64,000 bases of DNA, taken from Laetmonice hystrix. Lineage: Eukaryota. Positions 23,514-34,973 of the stretch are shown here, piece by piece. A program made the position numbers and the translations under genes. The notes beneath the pieces are model-generated. The model ran no database searches. It was not told the DNA's origin and saw nothing but the letters and a program-made list of their open reading frames with translations. Location of the stretch: positions 16,184,001 to 16,248,000 of the forward strand of contig OZ249436.1 of the NCBI GenBank assembly GCA_965235115.1, read 5' to 3'. The number at the start of each line of letters is the position of its first letter. Positions within the stretch are counted from its first letter, which is position 1.

Positions 23514-26500
23514 ATGGCGGAAAGCGTGGCGCAAGGCGTAAAGGAAATGAATATCGACGGGAAGAAAAAGGCAGGCGTGCATTTGTAATAATCTTTAAAT
23601 TGTCAAGGAATTTGAAATGGTTCTTCTTAGACTGTCCAGAACAATTTGTCAAGTACCCAAGCGTTTAGGATTCGTATTCGGCCAGAAAATGAGCACGGTT
23701 CGTTCGTTTTCGTTCCCTCGCCCTCGGCCTCGGCCTCGGGGCTTCGCTCAGTCCGAAAAATGTTGAGTTGGTCCACCTATAGATACTAGTAGAGTTACTT
23801 TAAGTTTACGTTGGGGCCGTTGCTTTAAGAATACTAAGGGTAGAAAAGTAAGCTACATTTTTCGGGTCAGATGTTGTTGATAATGTGGGTTCGATAATGT
23901 GTTGATCATTGAGGCCATGAGGGTGAGTGATCTGTGATGGGTTGGTTGGATTGTCATTGCGTCAGCCAGGGACACCGCCCGTCGGATCCAGTAAAAAAAA
24001 AGACAGTGACACGACTGGTCTATGAGCATGTCTAAACTAAAAATAAAGACCTATAACGTGGCAATTCCCAAATTGATTTTGTCAGATATTTCTAGAGTAT
24101 CTTTAAGAGTACTTTTAAGTTTATAATATTTTCCAATGATAAAGATCAATGCTGTCACATTTGTACATTTTTTTCTCTCTACACATTTTGTTGAAATATA
24201 CCTTTTTCTGTTTTTGAATCGCAGTTGTTATTTTTAAAGAAGACTTCTATAAGTGTGCATTCATGCACGCTGGAAGTAGGGGGATCGTTATTTTAAACAG
24301 CAGCGCAGGACTTTTCTTTGAAAAACAATAGTTCTGACAGAAGCAATTATGTTGTCAGAATATTTGTAGTATATTTTAGGCAGTCTCCACAAATTTGCAA
24401 TTGTTAATACGTGCCAATTCTGCAAAAGAACCAATCCCTTAGTTAAGCAATGATAGCTGAAATCCCCTTCTTAAATACATTTAAGTACTGTGGTTTACCA
24501 GTTAATTGGTAAAATACTGTATTGATTAATGGCCCTGAAGGTCATTTGTGCAATTCTAAGATGTTTTAACTTTTTTGTTCTAGGCAAGCGGAGATGCTAA
24601 GAAAAAGGGCAAAGACAAAGCCCCTAGCTCAGGGTTCCCCACAGAGATGGACCCTCCGCCAGAGTTTATAGCCCACAGGGATGAAATGTGGAAGAAGCTA
24701 AAGGCTGAGCATGATGCATTTGTAGCATCTCAGCAGCCTGTTGCCATCAAAGTGACTCTTCCTGATGGCACAGTGAAGGATGGAGAATCATGGCGCACAA
24801 CCCCATATGATGTTGCTAAGTCAATCAGGTATTCACAGCCTCTTTTTGCAGCCTAAGTGTATCAGTTTTTAAGTTGTGTATTTTTCAGCAGAAGTACAAA
24901 CCTTATGAGAGAGGCTTTAAACAAAAAACCTGCTGCTTATAATCATTTCAGCTTTGTATTGTAACATTTTGCAGTTGATAAAAATGCTGGAAGTACTTTC
25001 ACAGCAGGTGTAGCTCATGTTCCGTATTGATTTAATACAGATCGATCATCATTTATCAATTAGACTATTATGTTGAAAGCATTTTGGCATCTAAAATCAT
25101 TGAATCTTTCAAATATACACATGCATGAGGTATTCAACTACGGTAGTCCTTATATAGCGTGATTTCATGGATTTATTTCAGTCAAGGACTTGCTGATGCA
25201 ACTGTTATTGCCAAAGTAAATGGGGTTCTGTGGGATCTTGACCGGCCTTTGGAAACTGATGCTGAACTGAAGCTTCTCAAGTTTGATGACCCAGATGGTA
25301 GGCCATTTCCTATTTTTTCACAGAGGTGTTTCCCCTTGGCACCAGTTTAGGAGTAGCCAGCCTGAGGGATTTTTTCTACACTTTGTTTCAGTTGAATTGT
25401 GACCCTACATTATTTTTAACACTGACCACATATTTTTGGTTTTAGTTTGATAAAAAGTGGTGTTTCACTGATATCAGAGAGACCAGGATGTAAAGAACGT
25501 ATTACGATCAGTGACATATACACATTAGTTATGCCTAGCTCAAATATGATTGGATGAGCAGGTATTGCTACAGAGTGTCTTAGATTCTATAGACATACAG
25601 ACATAATTCACTAATATTAACAGTGATAAAAGACAGTGGTTACAATTTAGGTGATCCTAGTTGAGATCACAATCACTGGGATCAACTGACCGCTGTTGGT
25701 AGTAGTAACATAATGTTTTGCTGTGTATTGACGGGGATGGGGATTATTGACCTTACATGCGTGTTTAGATGTTTTGTTTTTGTTCTGGTACAGGACAGTA
25801 TGTGTTCTGGCACTCCAGTGCCCATATTCTTGGTGAGGCGATGGAACGTCATTATGGTGGTCACCTCTGTTATGGTCCCCCAGTGGAGAATGGCTTCTAC
25901 TATGACATGCATCTTGAAGGAAGGTTAGTAAGCTTAATTGTGCCTTCTAATCCAGGGGGGTGTTTCAATAAACTTCACTGGTCCGACCCGGTCGGACCAT
26001 CCGTCGCTTGAAAAGTCGGACATACGACGGACAGTGCCCGTCAGGTGTTGCAATAAACATGTCCGACGATGGTCCGACAGAGTCGGACTGTCCGACGCTG
26101 CCATGCCGACATGACAATAGACAAAGAGCGACGTCACAATACCACGTCGAACAAACGTGCATTCCCCAGAACTTGATCTACTTATATATTCTGGCAGTTT
26201 GTGACGTACAAAAGATGTTTTGAGACATCTTCTCACTCAGCAATAGTTCTCACTGATTTTCATTGTGTGATCTTCCGTTATTAGCCTGTATGATGCAGAT
26301 TTTATATATTTAATAGATATAAAACCTGTCACTTTTCGGCTAAAGATACGTTGCTAACGTTGTCCTGATCAAAGGTCAATATTTTCCTTCCGGGTCATAT
26401 ATTGAGGTTTGAGAAGATAACGTCACAATCTAATTGGGTCAATCTGGCACAGCCACATGCTTGCAGAATATCGGTTCACTTGTAAAAAACCAATGTCTGT

Positions 26501-29500
26501 GAATGCTATAATTATCAGATACATCTGATAAGGGTAGGAATACAAATATAAAAACCTTCACTACAGGAGGAGTGCACTTTAAACATTAGTAAGGACGACG
26601 GAATTTCTCAAATGGGCAGCCAAAGTTGACATGTCGAGAATCAAACAGTAGTTGGTCCGCCATGTTTTTTGGTCCGACCGCCGCCTAGGACAACTCCCGA
26701 GTAGTCCTAGAAAGTCAGACAGTCCGACCGGGTCGGACGCCAATCGAACGTTTATTCAAACACCCATACTGGCCATAGGCCTGTCCGACTGGGTCGGACA
26801 TGGTCCGTCGCGCGGTCGGACAGTCCTATGCTGATATTATGAAACACCCCCCAGGGCCCAGTTTTAGAAAGGTTAGCATCTTAACTTAAGCTCTGCTTAG
26901 GGCCTCTGATTGGCCGGTCCTCTGCTGCTCAACCAGTCAATGAGAGGCCCTTTAGAAGAAGGGCTTATCTTAAGATCCTAGTCGTTCTGAAACTGGGTCC
27001 AGGCATAGTTAGTGGAGTATGTCAATGCCATACTTTTTTTTAACTAAAGTGATGTGATACAAATATTAAAGCTGATCCCTGAAAGCCATTGAAAGAGCAG
27101 CTGTAATTCACTGGACATCATAAGCAGGTAGGACAGTATTTTTAAATGGGTGTAATAGTAAGATCATGTTGTTTAAATTATTTCATTTTATAAATTTTAT
27201 TTATTTATTTTTATGATATTTCCTACAGGCAGGTGACCCCTGCTGATTTCCCTCAGGTGGAACAGGTGATGAAGAAAGCTGTCAAAGAGAAGCAACCCTT
27301 TGAACGGTTGGAAATGAAGAAAGAAGACCTACTTAAGATGTTTGAGGTGTGTCTTATCATGTGAAACCTATTATGTCAACAAATTGTCAGTGATGTCACT
27401 TTCATAATCAGCACAAACCCTTTACGGACCATTAGGAGCGATGCTAAAATAATTACTGTTGCCTTAATTACTCCTGTGTAACAGTGTTCTGAACTGTTAG
27501 ACAAAACCAGCTAAAACCTCAGTCTCTGTTATGAACCAATATTTATCTATGCTAGACCCAGAAGTTTTCAGTAAAGTAGCATGCATTGCAAGTATCAGAT
27601 GTTTTGAATTTATTAGGACTTTTGTTCTTTAATAATGTACCCTGCCAGATTCCTCATGATAGACAGCAATGTTAAGTGTGGTAGTTTGTGTTTCAGTACA
27701 ATGAATTCAAGCAGAGAATTTTGAAAGAGAAGGTGACCACACCAACCACCACTGTCTACAAGTGTGGTCCACTCATTGACTTGTGCCGTGGACCTCATGT
27801 CCGCCACACTGGCAAAATCAAGGCCATGATGATCACCAAGGTTAGCATGCAAACGTCAAACATCCACATTCTTCATCCTCTTCTAAAAAACGGTGATTAA
27901 GTAGAAAATTTTAGGTTTCATAAAATTACTAGAATACTAATTTCATTAAAATCTAATAAGCTTTATAATGCACGCTTCTGTTTGAGGCTGTATTTAGGTA
28001 GTCTTGAAAGATATAACTGTGTCCAAACCTTGAAAATGGTGCCAAATTAAATGATTTTCCATGTAATTTTTGTTACAGAACTCGTCAACCTATTGGGAAG
28101 GCAAGGCAGATATGGAAAGCTTGCAGCGGATTTATGGAATTTCATTCCCAGATGCCAAGCAGTTAAAGGAATGGAAACAATTTCAGGAGGAGGCAGCCAA
28201 GCGTGATCATCGCAAGATAGGACGGGTCAGTGTTGGGTGATTTATATTAATTATGCTTACCAAGAAAAAGTAAGCTTTTATTATGGCCGCTTCCTCACGT
28301 GAATTGGAAAATTGATCTTTGTTAAATCTAAGTCGACATCTCTGCTGCATTTTGCTCTGCATTTTCCTAGTGTCATCCAGATAGATATCAGTGATATAAT
28401 ATCACCTATATGCGCATCATTGTTTTACAGGAGCAAGAACTGTTCTTCTTCCATGAACTGAGCCCAGGAAGTTGTTTCTTCCTCCCACGAGGTGCATTTA
28501 TATACAACACTTTGGTCAACTATATCAAGGTGAGGTTTGGCTGGTTAATAAAAAACTGTTTCTAAATTGTCCTAAAGAGCTAATACACAGTTCTGTGTCA
28601 CTAGAAAGAGATCAAGGCATTAAAAGTATAGTAATGTCTTTTTTTACATATTCTTACCTCCTCTATTGAATAAAGCAAAGTTTGAATTTCTGTATTATTG
28701 TGTTGACAGAATGAATATTGGAAGCGAGGCTTTGAAGAGGTTTTATCACCTAACATCTACAATAGCAAGTTGTGGGAGCAGTCTGGCCACTGGCAACACT
28801 ATTCTGATAACATGTTCTCTTTTGATGTAGAAAAAGAGAAGTTTGCCTTAAAACCCATGAATTGCCCTGGGCATTGGTAAGTTACAAACTTACAACGTAG
28901 TTGAAATGGTTGACATTATGACAACTTAGTGATCTTTGACCTTAACATGCAGTGGCTACTCTTAATGTTACAACATCAACACTTAAATCAATGACAGAAT
29001 AAGGTGTACAGGTGTCTGCATACAAGTGTGAAGCATCTTAGATGTAAGATTTTTTTCAGTTGTCGTTTCTAGTCCTGACACTATAACTTTTGTTACTGAT
29101 TTGGATGCCATGTGAAGACAAGTGCTCTGATATTCTGTATTTATGTCTTCCTTTAGCCTGATGTTTGATCATCGACCAAGGTCATGGAAAGAGTTGCCCA
29201 TACGTTTTGCTGACTTTGGTGTACTGCATAGAAATGAATTGTCTGGTGCCCTGTCCGGACTAACCCGAGTGAGAAGATTCCAACAAGACGATGCTCACAT
29301 CTTCTGCCGTAGTGACCAGGTTAGAACCTACTACAGCAAATTAGATTTTAAGGAAGATGTTCCTGAAATTACATAAGCACTGAAATGATTTTTAATTGGA
29401 TGTACGTCCATTGAAAGAAAAAAAAGACATAGATCTTCCATTACACCCCTATCTTTGAGTGAGGGAGTAATGGGTATTTTTTGTACCTAGGAAAAGATCC

Positions 29501-32167
29501 TCTTCTGTTGCTAAGTTGATAGCAAGTTCTCCTGACGTGAGCAACTGTGCATGTCGGTTTCAGATTAAAGAGGAGATGGCTGGCTGTCTAGACTTTATGA
29601 GGGCAGTCTACTCTATCTTTGGCTTCACATTTAAACTGCGCCTTTCTACACGACCAGAGAAATACCTTGGGGAAATTGAAGCATGGGATCATGCCGAGAA
29701 GGTATGCAAATATTAAGACACCTGTGTTTGAAAATTTCCTCATTAGCATGAAGAATGAAATCATTATGTCGAGTTTTTTTTGACAGCAGACTAGCCACTT
29801 AATAATGGTTTATTTTGGCATGTTTTTGTTTATTTGGATTTGTTAGCAACTGGAAGAGAGCCTCATTGAGTTTGGCCAGGAATGGGACTTCAACCCAGGA
29901 GATGGGGCTTTCTATGGACCAAAGGTATGTACTAAGTAATTTATGAATGGTGATGACTTTTGTCAGTTAAGTACTGTCAGAAGAAAAGAGAAATGACTAG
30001 ATTGAAACAGGCCCGCAGGAAACCCTGCTTGTTTTAGTAGAAATGCAAAAGTTAAAGGTTGAATACACAGCACCTGAAGGGGCAATCAGCAAAAGTAGCA
30101 AAGTGTCTGTAATCGTGGAAGTGACTACTATTTCTTCATTCTGGATGTATGGTAGGTGAAAAAGAAATGAATTTCATTTCAGATTGATATCACCATCAGT
30201 GACGCTTTAAGACGCCAACATCAGTGTGCTACCATACAGCTAGACTTCCAGCTTCCAGAACGCTTTAATCTCACATATGTAGGGTAAGTAAATCTTTGTA
30301 TTACTAAATACCTAGTCGGATTTTTTTCAAAGTGTTTAAATGTTCCCCATCATTTTAATGACTTGGCAGAGAAGACTACCAGGGAAGCTCCAAAGTACCC
30401 AACCAGGGATGTTGACACCCATGATCTTTCCATACACAGGGTCAGCAGTTGTGTGATGACCAAGGTCCCTTCAAGCCAGGGATCTTATGATCAATTTCCA
30501 ATAAATTCCCAGTCAGGCTATAGCCCATGGTAAAATTGAATCACAAACTCTGATGCAAGTCCAATTTAGCTACATGTCATACTCAGAACTGCATTATATT
30601 TGAATTAGGCATGTTTATTTTTATTGGTAATTAAAATGCGGAAAATCACTGATAAGACATTATCAGTTGAGTTGCCCATTAAAATGCCTTGGAAAATTAT
30701 GTAATGGCAAGTTAAATACAGGATTAGTTTTGGTATTGGTTGTCAGGTCTTCTTGAGAAAGGGGTATTCTGTCCCATTTTCCTATGTAAAGGGTGTTTTC
30801 CCTCTTTTATTATTAGTTCCCAGGTCCAGGAAAGGTAGGTTGAAAGGCACATGCCTATGTCATTTCTAGGGATTGGTGGTGGTCGAACCACCACTTAGCA
30901 AGCAGCCACTTTTAATGCTTTAATTTCCATACAAGACGCAACGTCTTGGCATTGGTCATTTCACATGAAGCTTGTACTTAGAGATTGTCTCTGGTATCTG
31001 TCTGACTTTCTTAAAGCTTTCAAGATTCATATTTTAGGTACAGCACTGGCTTGGTACTTATTGTAAGATGGCATGATGTGGAGGTTTAAGTAATTCAATG
31101 ACAGGAGGAAATCTAGCACCATTCCAGCATTTCAATGCAATATATTTTCATGGTCATCTGTTTTACTTTTATTGGCTATTCCTTTCCTATTTTAAAAGGC
31201 CTAACGCTCTGGAAGTCTACCTTCTTATAACATCGTTGAAACATCAAGTCATACTGCATTACCTTGGTGAAAATATAAGAATATGCATTAAGAAAAAGAT
31301 TCTCACTTAACGTATCTCTGCGTTAATTCATTTACCTTCCACTCTCAAGTGTTAGATGTAGCACAAATATATCAGTGGAAATTTCTTCTCAGAAACGAGT
31401 CTACAAATATGTCAATTTTGATGATTACCAATCGTTTAACAGTTACAAAGTAATGGCTCAATAGATACCAAGTAATGGCTATGTCAATCAAGATGGTGAG
31501 CGAAAACAAAGAATAATGCTTTCTTTTGATGATATGTCACTCGGTGCACTTTGCACTCTTGTCTGTTCTCCAGTGGTGATGAGAAAGGCGAGAAGCTGAG
31601 ACCAGTGATTATTCACCGGGCCATTCTGGGATCAGTTGAACGTATGATGGCCATCCTCTGTGAGAACTACGGTGGCAAGTGGCCCTTCTGGCTCTCGCCC
31701 AGACAGGCTGTGGTTGTACCCGTGGCGCCACCATTTGACGACTACGCCAAGAAAGTCCAATCGGAACTAAAGACAGCAGGATTCATGTGTGACCTTGACA
31801 TTGATCACGGTACCACACTAAACAAGAAAATCCGTAACAACCAGCTTGCCCAGTACAACTTCATCCTAGGTTGGTTTCTTCATGACAGATGATCAAGTTG
31901 TATACATATATCCCGTTACAGTTAGCATGTTACAGTAAAGTAACTGAAAATAAACTGGTGTATCTAGTGGAAGAAACCAATTATCATGTTGCTAACATTT
32001 GTCTACTTAAACTTGCAGTGGTTGGAGAGAAGGAGCAGGTGAATAACACAGCCAATGTACGTACCCGGGACAATAAGGTACATGGAGAGCATCCTCTCTC
32101 CTACATTGCGGAGCAGTTTGCACAACTCAACATCAACAAGGTACAGACTGAACAGGAAGGGTTCTAA
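23514..32167 (+). CDS. TARS1: Threonine--tRNA ligase, cytoplasmic type
   Basis: Exons 23514-~23570, 24584-24828, 25182-25297, 25794-25923, 27229-27346, 27697-27840, 28079-28225, 28431-28529, 28710-28876, 29157-29319, 29564-29701, 29847-29924, 30183-30283, 31574-31869, 32019-32167. Motifs: TGS domain (LWDLDRPLE), editing domain FWHSSAH and [68 protein letters not shown], and the anticodon domain. The exon 1 donor is uncertain. Confidence 0.97.
25956..26851. mobile_element. ~900-bp PIF/Harbinger-like non-autonomous element
   Basis: TIRs GGGGGTGTTTCAATAA / TTATGAAACACCCCC, CAG on both flanks, and many subterminal GTCCGAC/GTCGGAC motifs. Confidence 0.8.
26855..26999. mobile_element. PIF/Harbinger-like MITE (GGCCC family)
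   Basis: GGCCCAGTTTTAGAA / TTCTGAAACTGGGTC with CAG on both flanks. Confidence 0.7.
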
Positions 32168-34067
32168 AGACCGTCAGAAGGAGCCACTCCAGAGATGTTC
32201 CCCTAGTCCCATACAGACTGTATCAATTCAAATTTCCTCTCTTGAAGTTCTCTTGGAATTACCAGAACCTCGCCCAAATTAGGTGTATATTATCCCAAGA
32301 TAATCCATGCACTGCTTGCCCGAATTTGTAGGACATTGAAAAATTCGGTTCCATGAATGAAGGTACATCAGCATGATCACATTTAGGTGAAAGTTATTTT
32401 ACATTTGCACAGGTTCCATACATGCAGGTTTTCAACGTAGATACATAAGCGTTGATTTTGGCCTGTTTTCTGGCAGTATCAGAGTATACATACAACATAT
32501 TTACTATGTCACTTTTTGCCACAATAGAAGAATTTGCAGGCTCAGCAATTAATGTATTTATTTTAACGTATCGATGAACTGTCGGGGAGAGTATCCTGGT
32601 GGAGATGGGCAATGGTCATCACTCGTGCCTGTCAGAATTATGGTTTGTACCGGTATATGTGTATACACACGTGGATCTGATTTTACAAAAAACTTACGAA
32701 AGGAACTTATGGCTAAGTAAATATTTCACATTAATATTTCATATTTTACAAATGGAGAACCTACATTACCATCCATGTTGGGCGAAGGGGTTACTTTCGA
32801 CTCTTGCATCATGGTCTTGCTTATTGATTGAGTAGGTCGCTTGTACATATTGTTAACACCTTGTTGATTTCCGATCATGCAAGGCTGCATTTGGACCAAC
32901 TAGAAGTACAAGTAATGTTTGGCATAAAGAGATATTCATCTCCTAGTGAACGGGATGGTTCCTTAAACGTTGGTACTTGATGAGCGTGCTGCGGAAGGCA
33001 CTACTAAATCATAATCCGGTTCACTTGCAAACCACACAAATGTCAATTTGTCTCATTTAGTCTGACGCCCTGGTGGAATGGAAATAAATAAACGATTAAA
33101 AAAAAGATGACTTGTTTTTTTTTATATCCTGTAAGATATCTCCGGCTTCCTGTCCAATGGACTTATTTACATTCGGCATACGACGTGAAAACGTCGTTAC
33201 TCGAATATTGCCCAAACTCCTTTGGGTTCAGAGCCAGGGATACCCCGGGACGAGTTGTGCGGGACAAAAATGACTGCCAGCTAATTCAGCAAAGGCACTG
33301 GACATGGGCTAGGTATACTAAACATTTATAATATTTACAGACAGACAGATTCTGTATTGCGGATCTTTGGGGACAGATCCAAGGAAGATTCCTATAGATA
33401 AGGGCTCGCAAGGTGGCTATCCGACTTGGATCCACGTTCATCCGACAAATGGCACCTTTTCCATGAAGTCGGGCTTTGTTCAGGTTTAGGATTTGGAAAT
33501 CGTTGTGGTGCCACGTTGAGGGGAGGAAAAACGCTAAGATATTTTGACCTTTAAAATATATTGTTGTTTGGTCACAGTATGTTGTACCACCGAATCTCAT
33601 GGCGCATGAACCCCACACCGGGAGAACCCCCTACACTTCGAAAAATGTCGTGGGATATGCTCAGTCGCATAGACACCGGTGGAAACAGTAAAGCCTTTGT
33701 TTGATAATCCAGTTGCGGAGCACTGGGGAGGGCCAATCGGAGAAATGGTATAATGGAAAGATGCAAAGCCCTCTGCCACGCCGATGATTCTGAATAAGAC
33801 ACTATTAACCACTGCCCTCGCCACTTTCGAATAGTCAGAGCATAGATGAAGTACTAGCCTGGTCAGAGGTGTGGGGTGTTACCTATTAACGTCGGTGGAA
33901 AGGACACCAACAAGATTCGTTTTACATGCAGCCCGTGGGGTCAGATATCGCCGATATTCCACGGTGCCTGATATTCCACGCTCGAGTTTTTCCCCCAAAC
34001 TATCTGACATTTCACAAAATTCTAGACAATTTAACAAACACTTTCAGACCCTCTTCCCTCTTTGGTG

Positions 34068-34438
34068 TACCGTATGTCTGGTATATTTCGCGCGTTTTAT
34101 TTTTTCGATTTCCGCGTTTTCCAAAAAAACCCGCGAAATTAAGGTGGGTGGGTGGGTGTTTGGGGTTTTACGCCTTGCAATAGCCAGGGTCGCGAAATTA
34201 ACAAACGCCAAATTAAAGTCTTGAAAATGAAGTCATGCTTTTAGCTGATGGAATGCGTTGCAGCCAAACAGAATGCTGCCCTCTTGTTAAAGGATGAGTA
34301 GCTCTGACGTCAATGACATTTAATACATTTGTTCACGACGGTGCCATTGTCAGAATGTGAATTTAAGAAACGCGAAATCTGCCAAAAATGAAAAAAACAC
34401 GAAATTTTATTCATGTGAAATTAAAGTGACTTAGAGTA
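34068..34438. mobile_element. Degenerate Tc1/mariner-type MITE (TACCGTA...TTTCGCG / CGCGAAATT family)
   Basis: Starts TACCGTA with TTTCGCG motifs, has repeated CGCGAAATT motifs towards the right, and ends in TTAGAGTA. Confidence 0.5.
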
Positions 34439-34973
34439 CCTAACTAGATCCTCACAGGTGGTCGCTCGAATCTGTTATCACATGCGACCACCCCTCGGAT
34501 CTAGTGGAATAACCTTTACAAAAAAGGGGGGTATGTCTATGTATTGCCTAGCCTACAATTTTAGGGTAAATACAAGTAACACGTCTAAAATGGACAAGGT
34601 CCGGTTGTAGAGAAACAGTTGTAGGGCTTTCGTGTAGGCTTATTCAATCATTGGAATTTTATGTTCTAAAAGGATATAGGCCTAAAAGTAGTTCCAACGG
34701 TAGGCCTACCCGTTTGCTGTTCAGCTTGAATTAATGTTGATAATACTATGTGGGCATTATTTGGACTGCGTATATTGGCATTTATTTACATGTATAAGAA
34801 TACTGAAAATATATCACACATAGACCTAATACCTGATCAAGCTAATCGTCAGCATGTCACGGTTGGAGAATCTATACTCCTACAGAGATAGATTACATTA
34901 ATGGTAATCATCATATCAAATGTGCCATCACATTAAACAGACATTGAAAGGGAACGATTGAAGACGAGTGGAT

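Noticed and set aside
23689..23766. Arg/Ser-rich [21 protein letters not shown] as a mitochondrial-targeting exon for ThrRS
   Set aside because: It ends in TGA without a usable in-phase donor, and the Arg-Pro run comes from a CCTCGG repeat.
30453..30553. Possible C/D snoRNA in a TARS1 intron (GTGATGA ... CTGA)
   Set aside because: The terminal stem is weak and there is no recognisable rRNA guide. A similar chance pair occurs at 29950-30077.
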